The notes under the pieces were generated by a model that was given only the letters and a program-made list of their open reading frames with translations, made no database searches and was not told the DNA's origin. A stretch of 56,704 nt of DNA from Cyanophora paradoxa CCMP329. Lineage: Eukaryota > Plantae > Glaucophyta. Of the stretch, positions 37,190 to 48,222 are shown piece after piece (positions within the stretch are counted from its first letter, which is position 1; each line of letters opens with the position of its first letter). The stretch lies in NCBI GenBank assembly GCA_004431415.1, contig QPMI01000464.1, positions 1-56,704 on the forward strand, read 5' to 3'. The translations under genes and the position numbers were made by a program.

Positions 37190-40014
37190 TTACAGTATCT
37201 GACTTTGCCAAGAAGTTGAGGGGCGGCCACGCTTCCGTTTTGGGCTGCAAGAGTCCTTGCCCGCTGCCTCAACTATGTCTGCATTGCTCTTGTCTGCATG
37301 TCTGCAACTATGTGAGAAGCCGTGGCGTGGCGTTGCTCTCCTCACACTTCGGGCACATGAAGGTGCCCGATCGGACCCGCACAACTCCCAGGCACTTCTT
37401 GTGGTATGAAAGGGGGCAGCCATCACAGAGGACGAGAGCCCCGTCATGGCCGCAGAGGTCGCACACGACGTTGTTCACGAGGCCTGCAGGCAGCCCCTTT
37501 ATCTGCAGTGGGGTTTGTCAGGTTCTTGTGCACGCTTTTCTGCTGCGCCCCGAGCGCCCGGTTACCTCCCCAGTGGCGTGTTTGTCAGCCTCCTCGAGGG
37601 CCTGGGCGGATAGTGAGTTCGTGAACACCACAGCAAGGAGAAAAACGCGTGCCCTTCTCAGCTCCCTCAGCAGCACGTAGTCACTCTGCTTCAGGAGCTG
37701 TTCAGCAGCATCTCGGAGCGCCTTCGCCATGTGCTTCTCGTTGTCTGTTGCTCCCACGAAGGGGACCACGTTCCCAGGCCTGCAGCTGCCGAGCGGGGGA
37801 TCGCCCTTCCCCTTTCCACCGTAGCCAAGCCAGATGACAGTGATGGGCTTGCCTGGCCTGCTGTCCGCAACAAACGCTGGCCACATCCTGCGATAGAATC
37901 GAAGTTCAGCTTGCGCAGACAGAAGATAAGACTAGTCGGCAAATCTAGACGCACGGGTCATCCTCAGGCTCCCTTGCCCATACAACCGACCCATACTCCG
38001 GAGGCTCATGGTGCGGCATAACTATTCTAGAAACGTGATCTCCGGAGTCTGCTGACGACGGTACAATGGCTTTATCGATCTCTTCTGTGGCCGTTGAGGG
38101 GCGCTCGCCTCGCTTGCATCTATTTTTGCTCCCGCGTCTGCACCCGCCCCGGCCGCTCCGGCCCTGTCTGCATCCGACCCGGCCACCCTGATCAAGCCGC
38201 CCCGTGCAGCCACGTCTGCTGCCCCGGCCGCGGCTATTCCTCTGGCTCGCCAGCTGCAGGGCTGATGAGGAGGAGGCTGCAGGGGCTGCAGGTGCCGCAG
38301 CTGCCTCAGCCACAGTCGCCTTGGATGCCAGTCGGATAGTGATTGTGTTGAAATCACGTCTGCAGATTTTGAGGATCTCCTGCGCGTCCACCAGCCCAGA
38401 GTGAGAGGCGGGGCCCCGCGGGGTGGAGCGCGAGCGCCTCAGGGCCGGAAGTGTGCTAGCCTTTAATGCAAGGTTGCAGTTAAGGTACTGGTCCCCGCGC
38501 AGGTCGTCCTGGCACCCGTACGCCAACGAGTCGACCCTGCCGCGGCCAAGCTTTATGAGCGTGCAACAAGTGAGGTGTGCCCACAAGCGCGGACGAACTT
38601 GATGAAAGCATCGGCTGAGGACAGGTTGCGTATCGATTTAAAGAAGAACTGGAAAGCTCTGAAATCGTCTTAGCATAGTCTTAGTATGAATTTTGTGACG
38701 CAGTCCCCAGGGCGCACTTTGTGGCAATAAAGCTGCGGCTCTCTTCGTCCGACAGCTTCACATGCTCCTCGATTGCAACCTGCACGGGGCCGGGCGCACA
38801 GTTAAAGGGAGGGTCGGGAGGGGCGGACGGGAAGGGTGGACGAGCCTTGAGGGCGGCGTCTGAGGTGGAAAACCCCGAGGCGACGAGCTTTCCCCCCACT
38901 TCGAGCTCAAAAGTGCCCTTTTTGGAGCGCTTCCGCGGCATTCTCAAATCAGAGGCCTCGTCCACTGTGACAAGAAGCCCTGCCGTGGCGTTGCTCTCCT
39001 CACACGTCGGGCATATGAAGGTGTCCGGCTCCGGAGATTCGCCCAGGCACTTTTTGTGGTATGACAGGGGGCAGCTTTTGCATTGGACCAGAGTCCCGTC
39101 GATACCGCATTTAGTGCACCACACGTTGTTCACAAGGCCTGCAGGCAGCCCCTTTATCTGCAGTGGGGTTTGTCAGGTTCTTGTGCACGCTTTTCTGCTG
39201 CGCCCCGAGCGCCCGGTTACCTCCCCAGTGGCGTGTTTGTCAGCCTCCTCGAGGGCCTGGGCGGATAGTGAGTTCGTGAACACCACAGCAAGGAGAAAAA
39301 TGCGTGCCCTTCTCAGCTCCCTCAGCAGCACGTAGTCGCTCTGCTTCAGGAGCTGTTCAGCAGCATCTCGGAGCGCCTTCGCCATGTGCTTCTCGTTGTC
39401 TGTTGCTCCCACGAAGGGGACCACGTTCCCAGGCCCGCAGAACGCCGTCATCGGTTGGCCCTCCTTCCTCTTGCCGCCGTGGCCAAACCAGATGACAGTG
39501 ATGGGCTTGCCTGGCCTGATGTCTGCAACAAACGCTGGCCACAACCTGCGATAGAATCGAAGCTCAGTTTGCGCAGACAGAAGATAAGACTAGTCGGCAA
39601 ATCTAGACGCACGGGTCATCATCAACATCCCTTGCCCATACAACCGACCCATACTCCGGAGGCTCATGGTGCGGCATAACTATTCTAGAAACGTGATCTC
39701 CGGAGTCTGCTGACGACGGTACAATGGCTTTATCGATCTCTTCTGCTGCGGAAGATGCACATGTGGCTGTTGAGGGGCGCCCGGACTCCGCTGACGACGG
39801 GACAACCCGGACAAGGGCCTGGGCTCCGCATGCTTCGGCGGTGCTCACGTGCACGCCTTGCATCGATATCACAACTAGCAAATTGCAAGGAGGGTCCCAG
39901 CTGGCCGAAAGGTGTCACCGCGACGTGCAAGTCTAGATCTGGCTGGCCCTTGATCCACCCGGAAACCGCTGCGCGCATGTCACGCTGCTGGTGTAAACTG
40001 AAAGCTGCCGGCAC
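37190..40014 (-). CDS. Chromatin reader with two PWWP-PHD modules and a C-terminal AT-hook (one gene or two tandem genes)
   Basis: YGSVVWAR..DD P|LWPAFV and P|MWPAFV (PWWP, intron-split). PHD C4HC3: WCTKCGIDGTLVQCKSCPLSYHKKCL..FICPTC and VCDLCGHDGALVLCDGCPLSYHKKCL..FMCPKC. KRKRGRPS near 37220. 37327-38086 duplicates 38985-39744. Confidence 0.75.
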
Positions 40015-40469
40015 ATCGAGGCGCGGATCTGGACAGCAACGTTAACGATTACGTGTCGGGGATAGATCTAGAAGCCAATTGCAGAAAAAACGTTTCGGCG
40101 TAGCGGTTAGCGCCCCGGCCACTAGTACTGCTCATGCAGCTGGGCCGGTAATTCACCAAATTAAAAACAAAAGAGCGCCCAGCTATAGCTAGCTATAGCG
40201 CTAGGCGGCATAATAGCGCTAGCGCTAGTGCTAGCTCCCAGCACGCAAGCGAAGGCGGAACGCTCAGCAAAGCTTGTAATTAAGCGAACACGGGTATTAA
40301 GCAATCTTTGCAGAAAGTTAGCCGGAGTGGCCATGGGCACTGCTAGCAACCTGCCGGCTGTTTGGCAGTGTTGGCAGCTGCAGTCCTTAAGCTTTGCAGT
40401 CTCGCTGAATGCATTTACAATCCATTCATCTACAATCCATTATGCCGCATCTATGTATACAATCCATTC

Positions 40470-41970
40470 ATTGATCTCTCATCCTCTTCCGGCCCTTCCC
40501 CTTCCCTTTGCCACCCTGCTTGCGTTGGGTTGCACCACTTGTGCTTTGAGCAGGCACCACCGTGGGCTCGGGCTGAACTTGAACAGGCAGCTGTGTGCCA
40601 AGCCATTTGTGCATCTGCACAACTGGCACGAAGCGTTGATTGAATGTCTCGATGCCTGGATTGCAATGTCATGATCAGCAGAAATAGCATCAATGATGGA
40701 ATCTTTGAAAAAGACTACATGCCCAGTTGCACGAGCTGCTTCTCGAAATAGGCTGTCTTTTGAAAATCGTCTGGACGTGACGATGTGACCAATCTCCACT
40801 TGTCGACCTGAAGACCTGCCTCATCTGCAGCATCCTTGATCGCTGAGATCGTCCTGAAGCCACAGTGACACATTCTGCTCCATACATCCTTTTTCTTGCT
40901 TGACGAGAGAAGAGCCAGCATACTTGGCTGCTGATAACGAGAGAATAGTGCTTCAGATGGATCCAGTAACTCCAATTGCCGTGTGATGTTTCCGAAGAGA
41001 GCATTTGACTTCGCCCACCTAGATTTTAGCGTAACTAAAGATCCGATCCCAATGAGGATGACGATAAGTGCGCTCACTGCCCATACTTGTTTATGAGCTG
41101 ATGCGCCTCGGGGTTGGCATAGAAATCATTCTGCTGGAAAAAGTTCATTTGCAGAATTTCCCCAATTTCGACGAACTTTGTCGTGCTGTCGTTACATGAT
41201 CATTATAAGCAAGCGGTATGACAAGCAAAGGATGCTTACACGATTCTTGCACACAGCCGGTACGTGACTGGATCATCCGAAGCAGCGCCCTGTTTCTGAT
41301 GAATAACTGTGATTTGCGTCTCGACATTTGATTCACTGTATACGTAGTTTTCGTCAGAGATTTTTGACGTTTGCTTTCACCTTGCAAGCTGTACCAGGCA
41401 TTGTGTATGATAAGGACTTGGGGGCTGGATGCCATGATTTGACTTGATTTGTCCTTGCATGACTTACACACAAGTCCAGTCTCAATATCCATTTCGTCTC
41501 CACTGTGTTGACAATTCACGATTTTCTTGAGTACCTTGTTTGCTTCTGTCTGGTCGTGTGCAGCGAAGCCATAATATGAGCCAGAGTAGGGAATATTCGG
41601 ATCCACTTCTCCATCCATTTCGGCAGTGTCTGTGTGGGGCCGCCGATCGAATACCAGAAAGGCATTGGGCTGCGTGAACTGTCAGCACAAGTCAGAACAA
41701 AGAATATTAATGATCCGTCAACTTACCAACCCATCAATTGAGCTCGCAACTTCCTGATGAAAATGTCACTTCTAAGTTCGAGCCTCGGAGTACAGAAGCT
41801 CTGTTGAATAATTTTACCGCTTCTGCCAAAGTTGTTTGAAGTTGATCTCTGAAAACCTGGCCAAAATCCGCGAAGGCCAATGGCGGTCCAGACACTTGAC
41901 GGATCGCGCATTAGATTCACATTTGCATGACTGTGATGGCTGCAGAATGCTCTCACCAACCATAAGAGTA
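40470..41970 (-). CDS. Multi-exon hypothetical protein, weak USP/C19-like segment
   Basis: GT-AG introns and exons LVCKSCKDKSSQIMASSPQVLIIH..VTYRLCARI; basic tail KGKGKGRKRMRDQ*. No catalytic boxes seen. Confidence 0.3.
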
Positions 41971-42451
41971 GTTCGGACAGCGCTCATTTCGTATATTGCA
42001 ATTGAGGTACTACTTGTACAATTGCCATGAAGTGAAGGTTTCCTGATAGCAGGCGAACACACTTGCACACAACAATGGCAGCAAAGATTTGGATTTCCTA
42101 GCAGCTAGTTTACAATTCATTCGGTTACGAATGATTGTGTGTATAAATGGTTGAAGAGAATATTGAGGAAAAGAAGAGTACTAAAGGATCTAGAGACTAC
42201 AAATGATTAGCTATGAATGCAGAAAGTCTGCAGCTACTCTATATCTAAATCTACAGTATGAATGCGCTCATGCATCATATGCATGACAGACATAAGAGAA
42301 ATCATGCTCATGCAGCTGTAAAGCAAATGAATGGGAATATGAATCTGCATATGAATAATAAAAGAAGGGTAAGCGGGCAGCCTCCGCCATGCGGCACGTC
42401 CGCAGTGGCGGCAAGGGTGCCCGCGCCCCAAAGACAAAGACAACGCCGGAA

Positions 42452-43438
42452 TCAAGCAGAAGGCGAAGATGACGGCGAAGGCAAGGGAGTCGGGATGTTC
42501 CCGGCGAGAACCATGGCGCTGGTGAGACCGGGCCGCGCCGAACCCTGAATGTAGCGGCGATAGACCTGAGAATCCGGATGCCAACGTCCGAAGGCGCGAA
42601 TGACGTCGTCGGGAACACCAGCAGCTGCAAGAGCACAGGCCCCACCGCGGCGCAGGCTGTGCGTGGCGAAACCAGATTTGTCAATACCAGCGAGGTTGAG
42701 AAGCTGCTGAAGTGCGAAGCCGACAGACGCCGGAGAAAGGGCGACACTAGGATTGCGAAGCTGTCCAAATACGACATCCACAGTAGGAGGCAGAGTGGCT
42801 ATATAAACACGAAGACGAAAAACAGGACATAACACGTTGCCTGGCAGAGCCGAAATAAAAAGCTCGTGACCAATCCGAGTCTGATCTGTTTTAGAGCGAG
42901 GGACGCGGAGGACCATGCCATCTGGGCGGAAAGATAAATGAGACCGCCGAATTTGCACAATCTCAGAGCGACGGAGGAGGCCAAAGAAACCGACGGTGAT
43001 CATAGCAATAGAGCGACGATGGGTCTGTGATGGAACACGATCGGAAGCTACCGCTAGCCGGCGAATATGTTCGACCGAAAGGACGGCCGCTGGGCGAGTG
43101 GGGCCATCGCCTAGGACTCGGCGCAAGCCCGTGAGGACGTGCTGAATAAGCACTGAGCTGAAAACTGAGGTATCAAAGCGCAAGGTCTCACACTCATTAC
43201 GAACTGCAGAAAAAGCTACATTTATAGTTGAGAAGACGTAGTCATCGTCAGCAATATCGCACAAAAAACCGGCTAGAACCTCAGCATCGACGGGAAAAGG
43301 TAGAACACCCAGCTGAATGCAGAACTGCCGAAAACGGCCAACCCACATTGCATATGCATCTCGCGTGGATGAGGCAAGATGCTGGTTTGCGTAGAACGTA
43401 ATGCGAGCACAGATGTGGGCCCAACGAGCTGCATCCAC
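42452..43438 (-). CDS. Tyrosine recombinase of the DIRS-type element
   Basis: GLLRRSE (R), RSKTDQ (K), HSLRRGG (HxxR), GRW, YRRY (Y). Confidence 0.93.
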   Translation of the reverse strand: MDAARWAHICARITFYANQHLASSTRDAYAMWVGRFRQFCIQLGVLPFPVDAEVLAGFLCDIADDDYVFSTINVAFSAVRNECETLRFDTSVFSSVLIQHVLTGLRRVLGDGPTRPAAVLSVEHIRRLAVASDRVPSQTHRRSIAMITVGFFGLLRRSEIVQIRRSHLSFRPDGMVLRVPRSKTDQTRIGHELFISALPGNVLCPVFRLRVYIATLPPTVDVVFGQLRNPSVALSPASVGFALQQLLNLAGIDKSGFATHSLRRGGACALAAAGVPDDVIRAFGRWHPDSQVYRRYIQGSARPGLTSAMVLAGNIPTPLPSPSSSPSA

Positions 43439-43530
43439 TGCAGGGTATGGTTAGAAGCATGAGGGTGTGCGCTCGATTGCATTTATAATTATTTGACACT
43501 AGTTTGCAATTGGGTGCAGCTAAAACTGAA

Positions 43531-45444
43531 CTAGAAAAGCGAGGAGCAGCCACTCAGGAAGAGCAGCACGAGTTGGACCGAAAAGGCATACTGTGTGACC
43601 CCGACCAAGATGCAGAGGGGCTCCACAGCTGCAGCCTGCAAGATAGGCCACCATGGCTGTGAGGGCCATTCGGGTACTACAACAATCATCCGAGCTCGAC
43701 AAGCTTGAGCATGACGAACCACCCGCAGTAGGACTGCAGGGTCGGGGAAAACATAATTAAAATCACGAGACCAATCAACAGTGAAGCAGTCTACTGCCTC
43801 TGCAAGGCGGTCAAAAGGATCAATGCTATTATAGCGAGGGACACGTGCAGAGGAAGCTAATGCCATTCGATCGACATCAGGCAAGCCATATCTGTTAACA
43901 ATGCGACGGAAAACAGCATCGGAAAGCTGATAGTCAGCAGGGGCAAACCAGCGACTAAGATAATCGGCGAAATTATTGGTTTCTCCAGGTATCCACTCAG
44001 CATCCATGAAGGCACAATTTTGCAAGGCGAAATTCCAAATTTCCTTGGCGATTAATGTAAGCTCGGGGCTACGACCGCCACCATTAAGAATGTACTGCAC
44101 TGCATTTGTGTTATCTGAGCGAACTAGTAAATTAACGTGCTGCAGGTAAGGACTGAAATGATGCAGAGCACGAATAATGGCGGTCATCTCACGCCATGCA
44201 GGCGTCTGGGCCGACTCTGCAGGAGTCCACTGTTGTTGGAATGAGAGATCGCCAACCTCGGTGGTGACAAAACCACCAAGACCGATCTTGCTGGCATCCG
44301 TCGTAACAACGAAAATTCGCTCTGGCCGGATGGCACACCGCCCATTATAGCGGGCGAGATTTGCATGCCACCACAGAAGCTCCTCCTGGGCCTCCGGCGA
44401 TACCACCGCCGGGGCATTCCACCGAAATTGTCGCTGGGTAATATCAATGTTGCGATAAATGGATCGAGTATGAATGCGAGCGGGTGCAATAGCTAAGGCC
44501 ATTGACATAAGCACACCGACAATCGAAGCGAGTGTACGAGCTGACATCTGAAATTGCACGCCTCTAGCCTGGCACGACTGGATGCGCTTAGCTGCGTCCT
44601 TTAGCCGGTCCTGAAGCTTACTAAGCTTCTGCAGAGGGACCTCAAACATCATAGATGTGGAATCTACAATAAACCCTAAAAATTCGACACGCTGTGCAGG
44701 CTCAAGGGCCGATTTCTCATTAATGAATAAGTGCAGGTGGCGAAAAAGATCGAGAATGAAATTGCGAAGATTAACAGCGGCCTGGTACGTGGGAGCCGCA
44801 AACCAGAAATCATCTACATACGATACCACGGTAATACCGTGTGCGCGGAGAAATTTAATGACCTGACGTATGATCTTGGTGAATGCATATGGGGCATGTG
44901 AGAGCCCGAAGGGTAAAACGGTGTATTCGAAGAAAGTACTATCGTACTGGAAGCCCAGGTACGAGAAATATTGCGGGTCTACCGGTACATGATGATATCC
45001 CGACTCGAGGTCGATAGTAAACATAAACCAGCCAGGTCGCAGCAAGGCGATGACCTCGCGCATATTTTCATAGCGAAAAGGGACAGGAGGAAGACCTCGA
45101 TTTGTTGGGCGGCCATCCCAAATCAGTCTGAGCTTATCACCAGTCTTCTTTGGAACCGTAAATAGCGAGCAAACAATTTTCGGGGGCTTGGGGGCCACCC
45201 GAATAGCGCCGGTACCGAGCAGCTTCTGAATTTCTGCCCGAATGAAAGTACTCTCACGAGGGCGCTGAGATTGACCAGCATTGTAATGTACACTAGGAGG
45301 CATATGCTCGACGCCAGCAAGAGGGTAGCCGTTCTGAAGCCATGAAAGGATGTAATCACTTGTTCCGATTGCACGCCATGCCGCCAAGGCATCCGCACTT
45401 CCGAGACAGCGAGCAGTAAAACCTGACAGAAAAAACAACAGCAC
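43531..45444 (-). CDS. Reverse transcriptase - RNase H - Dam-like methyltransferase polyprotein
   Basis: DLESGYHH, LPFGLS, YVDD, FLGF (RT); TTDAS, WREM, SDN, ADYLSR (RNase H); DRMA...DCFTVDW...YVFPDP...PEWPSQPWW (DIRS MT domain). Confidence 0.93.
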   Translation of the reverse strand: MLLFFLSGFTARCLGSADALAAWRAIGTSDYILSWLQNGYPLAGVEHMPPSVHYNAGQSQRPRESTFIRAEIQKLLGTGAIRVAPKPPKIVCSLFTVPKKTGDKLRLIWDGRPTNRGLPPVPFRYENMREVIALLRPGWFMFTIDLESGYHHVPVDPQYFSYLGFQYDSTFFEYTVLPFGLSHAPYAFTKIIRQVIKFLRAHGITVVSYVDDFWFAAPTYQAAVNLRNFILDLFRHLHLFINEKSALEPAQRVEFLGFIVDSTSMMFEVPLQKLSKLQDRLKDAAKRIQSCQARGVQFQMSARTLASIVGVLMSMALAIAPARIHTRSIYRNIDITQRQFRWNAPAVVSPEAQEELLWWHANLARYNGRCAIRPERIFVVTTDASKIGLGGFVTTEVGDLSFQQQWTPAESAQTPAWREMTAIIRALHHFSPYLQHVNLLVRSDNTNAVQYILNGGGRSPELTLIAKEIWNFALQNCAFMDAEWIPGETNNFADYLSRWFAPADYQLSDAVFRRIVNRYGLPDVDRMALASSARVPRYNSIDPFDRLAEAVDCFTVDWSRDFNYVFPDPAVLLRVVRHAQACRARMIVVVPEWPSQPWWPILQAAAVEPLCILVGVTQYAFSVQLVLLFLSGCSSLF

Positions 45445-46543
45445 TCAATTAATAGTGCACGAGAATGCAGGCTCGAGGCCGCACGCAAGGGGAGGGAATT
45501 ATATAGACAGCAGAACAGCATCCATATATTTAGGGAGGGTTGGGTGGGAGCAAGAAGCGAAGCTGCTATCAAGCAACTCTGAAGAGAAGCTGCAGCAGCT
45601 GCAGCGATAGCTCACTGCTGCAGCTCTTAGGAAGCTCGTAGGACTTGTTGCAGGTGCAACAAGTACCCAAGAAGTACTTGTTGCGAAGCAACAAAGAGTG
45701 CGAAATTTATGTAACAATATACATTATTCACGCTGTCCGAAGTACGTTATACTACGTTCCTCGTATAACAACTATTCGGACAGCGCTCATTTCGTATATT
45801 GCAATTGAGGTACTACTTGTACAATTGCCATGAAGAGCAAAAGAGCGAAGGCCGAGAGCCTGCAGACGAGTGCAAGGCCTCTAACGGCACACAGAAGCAC
45901 ACATATATGTAAAATGCGTATGTATAATGCCATCGATGCGTTCGGTCGCCAGTCAGTGCAAGGAGCGATTTATGGGGGGAGGCGTGCCTGAACTCCAGAT
46001 GCTTGAACTGCGCAAGGGAAAGAAAAATGGCGACCGAATCTCCATCTCCGGCGAGGGAGTATGCACTAGTGCCGTGCACTGAAAAGAAATACAGCAACAG
46101 ATGCCACGCGAGGGCAGAGCTGTCCTGACAATTTGCAATCAATAAATGTCGATGTAAGTGCACGCCATAGGCGATTTTCAAAGCAAAAACAAGACATGCA
46201 GATGCCACAAAGGGCAGAGCTGCGACATGTATGAATATGTACGCCATAAAAAGGCGATTTCGCGAATTGCATCCATGCATATGCACGCCAGTGGCGATTT
46301 TGGGGCATCAAGAAATTGCAGCGATTTTCGAATCCATCATCAATTACTCACAAGAAAACACAAGTACGTTCACAGGTTCTGCTATCAAGATATGCTCTCA
46401 TGCGTCAAAACACTGCTCGTACATAAGTAGCGAAAAACTCATGAATATCGATATTCTGATGGATCGATGTGAAAAGAAATAAATTTACGAGTTTGGAGTC
46501 GGCAGAGGAGTCGGGCGAGTGCCAGGAGGGCAGTTCTGGCAAG

Positions 46544-46616
46544 ACACATATGAATATTCATATTTTAATCCCTCGGCGTTCCGCCTCAGGATTAAAATAT
46601 GAATATTCATATGTGT
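46544..46616. repeat. Perfect 28-bp inverted repeat (hairpin) at the left boundary of the AT-rich element
   Basis: ACACATATGAATATTCATATTTTAATCC (46544-46571) / GGATTAAAATATGAATATTCATATGTGT (46589-46616), with a 17-nt GC loop containing an inner GGCG/CGCC stem. Confidence 0.95.
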
Positions 46617-47505
46617 GATTCGATGTTATATCAATAAAATCGATTAATTTATTTGAATTTTCACATGAATTTTCATTTCACATGAATTTTCATATTTTTA
46701 TATGCAATTTCAATTAATTTAATCGATATTATATCGATAAACTCGATTAATCGATATTGTATCTTAATTGTAGTTAATCGGAATTATATCAATAACTTCG
46801 ATTGATCTAAATTGAATCCTAAATGAATCTTATCGGAATTATATCAATAAATTCGATTAAATCATGTTCTTTTCCGATTAAATCAATTAAATATTTAACT
46901 TTGTTACCATAAGTGGTCTAAGTTGACTCACTTTTCATAAACATTTTGAACTCTTAGTCTCCTTGAATTTCTTAAGATGACTCAACTTAGTCAACTTAGT
47001 CAACTTTGTTACCATAATCAATCAGGGTGGACTCACTTTTAGATCAACTTTGAAATTTCAAGCAAAATCAACTTTGATTTCAAAAGTGGATCTTCTAAGT
47101 GGACTCAAAATGTTCACTTTGTGATACATGTTAGCTCAAATCCTTACTGTTTATGGTCAGGGTTGACTAAGTGGGGGGAGTTGACACATTTTGTGAAATC
47201 CTTTTTAGAAAACTTTTGGTCCCAAATATTTCCTGTGAAATTTGAGTCAACTCAACCCACTTAGTCAACCCTTGCATTGAATTCGTAACAAAATCCATAT
47301 ACCTTTACTACTTTTACGATTAATATGAGTCAACCTTGAGTCCACTTTAATATAAATATTATATAATAGGGGGAATCTAGGGGAATGTCATTGTAGAAAG
47401 CTATTGTAGTAAGAGGATATATATTATGTCCTTTTGTTACAATAGCTGATCAATGTTATTGTTAGAAAACAAAAGAATCCTTTCAAAACTCATTATAGAA
47501 ACCCA

Positions 47506-47904
47506 TCAAAACGGGAATCTATCATGTTTATGTCTCTCAGTCTTCTCAAATGTGAGGAAATTCATTGTTTTATCGATCTCATCTGCAACTGCTTGTGTTT
47601 TATGCTGAGCTTCTTTACCACAACTGAATATATCAATTGCTAACATGCCTTCATTGGAATAACAATGAGCTGTGCAATGGCTTTCATCTAATAGCAAAAC
47701 TAATGCAAAACCAGGAGGTGATACTTTGCCATCAAATATTTCACAGTGTTTATGAACAATCCTAATGCCTTGTCTTAATATAGCTTGTTCAAGGGTTCCC
47801 ATAATCCAATTACCTAGGAAGCTCACATGCTCATGTCCTGTTGCAATAGCTGATTTAGCCTTGTAATCAAGCATAACATGAAAGCCTCTGTATTTAGTCT
47901 CCAT
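47506..47904 (-). CDS. speD: Prokaryotic-type S-adenosylmethionine decarboxylase proenzyme family
   Basis: GFHVMLDY...F..PPGFALVLLLDESHCTAHCY..G.LAIDIFSCG, with the ESH self-cleavage motif and a DIF(S/T)CG motif; 132 aa. Confidence 0.88.
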   Translation of the reverse strand: METKYRGFHVMLDYKAKSAIATGHEHVSFLGNWIMGTLEQAILRQGIRIVHKHCEIFDGKVSPPGFALVLLLDESHCTAHCYSNEGMLAIDIFSCGKEAQHKTQAVADEIDKTMNFLTFEKTERHKHDRFPF

Positions 47905-47927
47905 TAAGAATACCTTAGAAAAATTAA

Positions 47928-48200
47928 CTAGTCAAACCTAATGCAAATATCCCTATACTCTACTCTAATTGATGAAGTAGCCCTTTTCCTATGTGCTTGA
48001 CTTTTTCTTTTATTACAGTCCCTACACCCTGATCCCTTCACATGATTAAAGGGATATGTGAGGATCACCTTGTTACACTGCAAACATCTAACAGATACTT
48101 TCTCTTGAGCTTTGATGTAATGTGTCTCACTGTAATCGAATTTATCTTTACCATGAACTGTCATAGCAGCATCAATAAACTTTTTTGTTTTACTATCCAT
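47928..48200 (-). CDS. DUF723-like viral zinc-ribbon protein
   Basis: KFIDAAMTVHGKDKFDYSETHY....KVSVRC..C......P.NHVKGSGCRDC. Confidence 0.7.
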   Translation of the reverse strand: MDSKTKKFIDAAMTVHGKDKFDYSETHYIKAQEKVSVRCLQCNKVILTYPFNHVKGSGCRDCNKRKSQAHRKRATSSIRVEYRDICIRFD

Positions 48201-48222
48201 ACTCTATATATAACCAATATTC

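Larger units (their letters stand above)
41972..45835 (-). mobile_element. DIRS/Ngaro-type tyrosine-recombinase retrotransposon bounded by 61-bp direct repeats
   Basis: RT-RNaseH-MT ORF followed by a YR ORF. Identical TTCGGACAGCG...TGCCATGAAG at 41972-42032 and 45775-45835. Confidence 0.85.

Noticed and set aside
45840-46440. gag of the DIRS element
   Set aside because: It lies outside the direct repeat, is fragmented, and shows only repeated GVHxH/SALCGIC-like motifs with no gag features.
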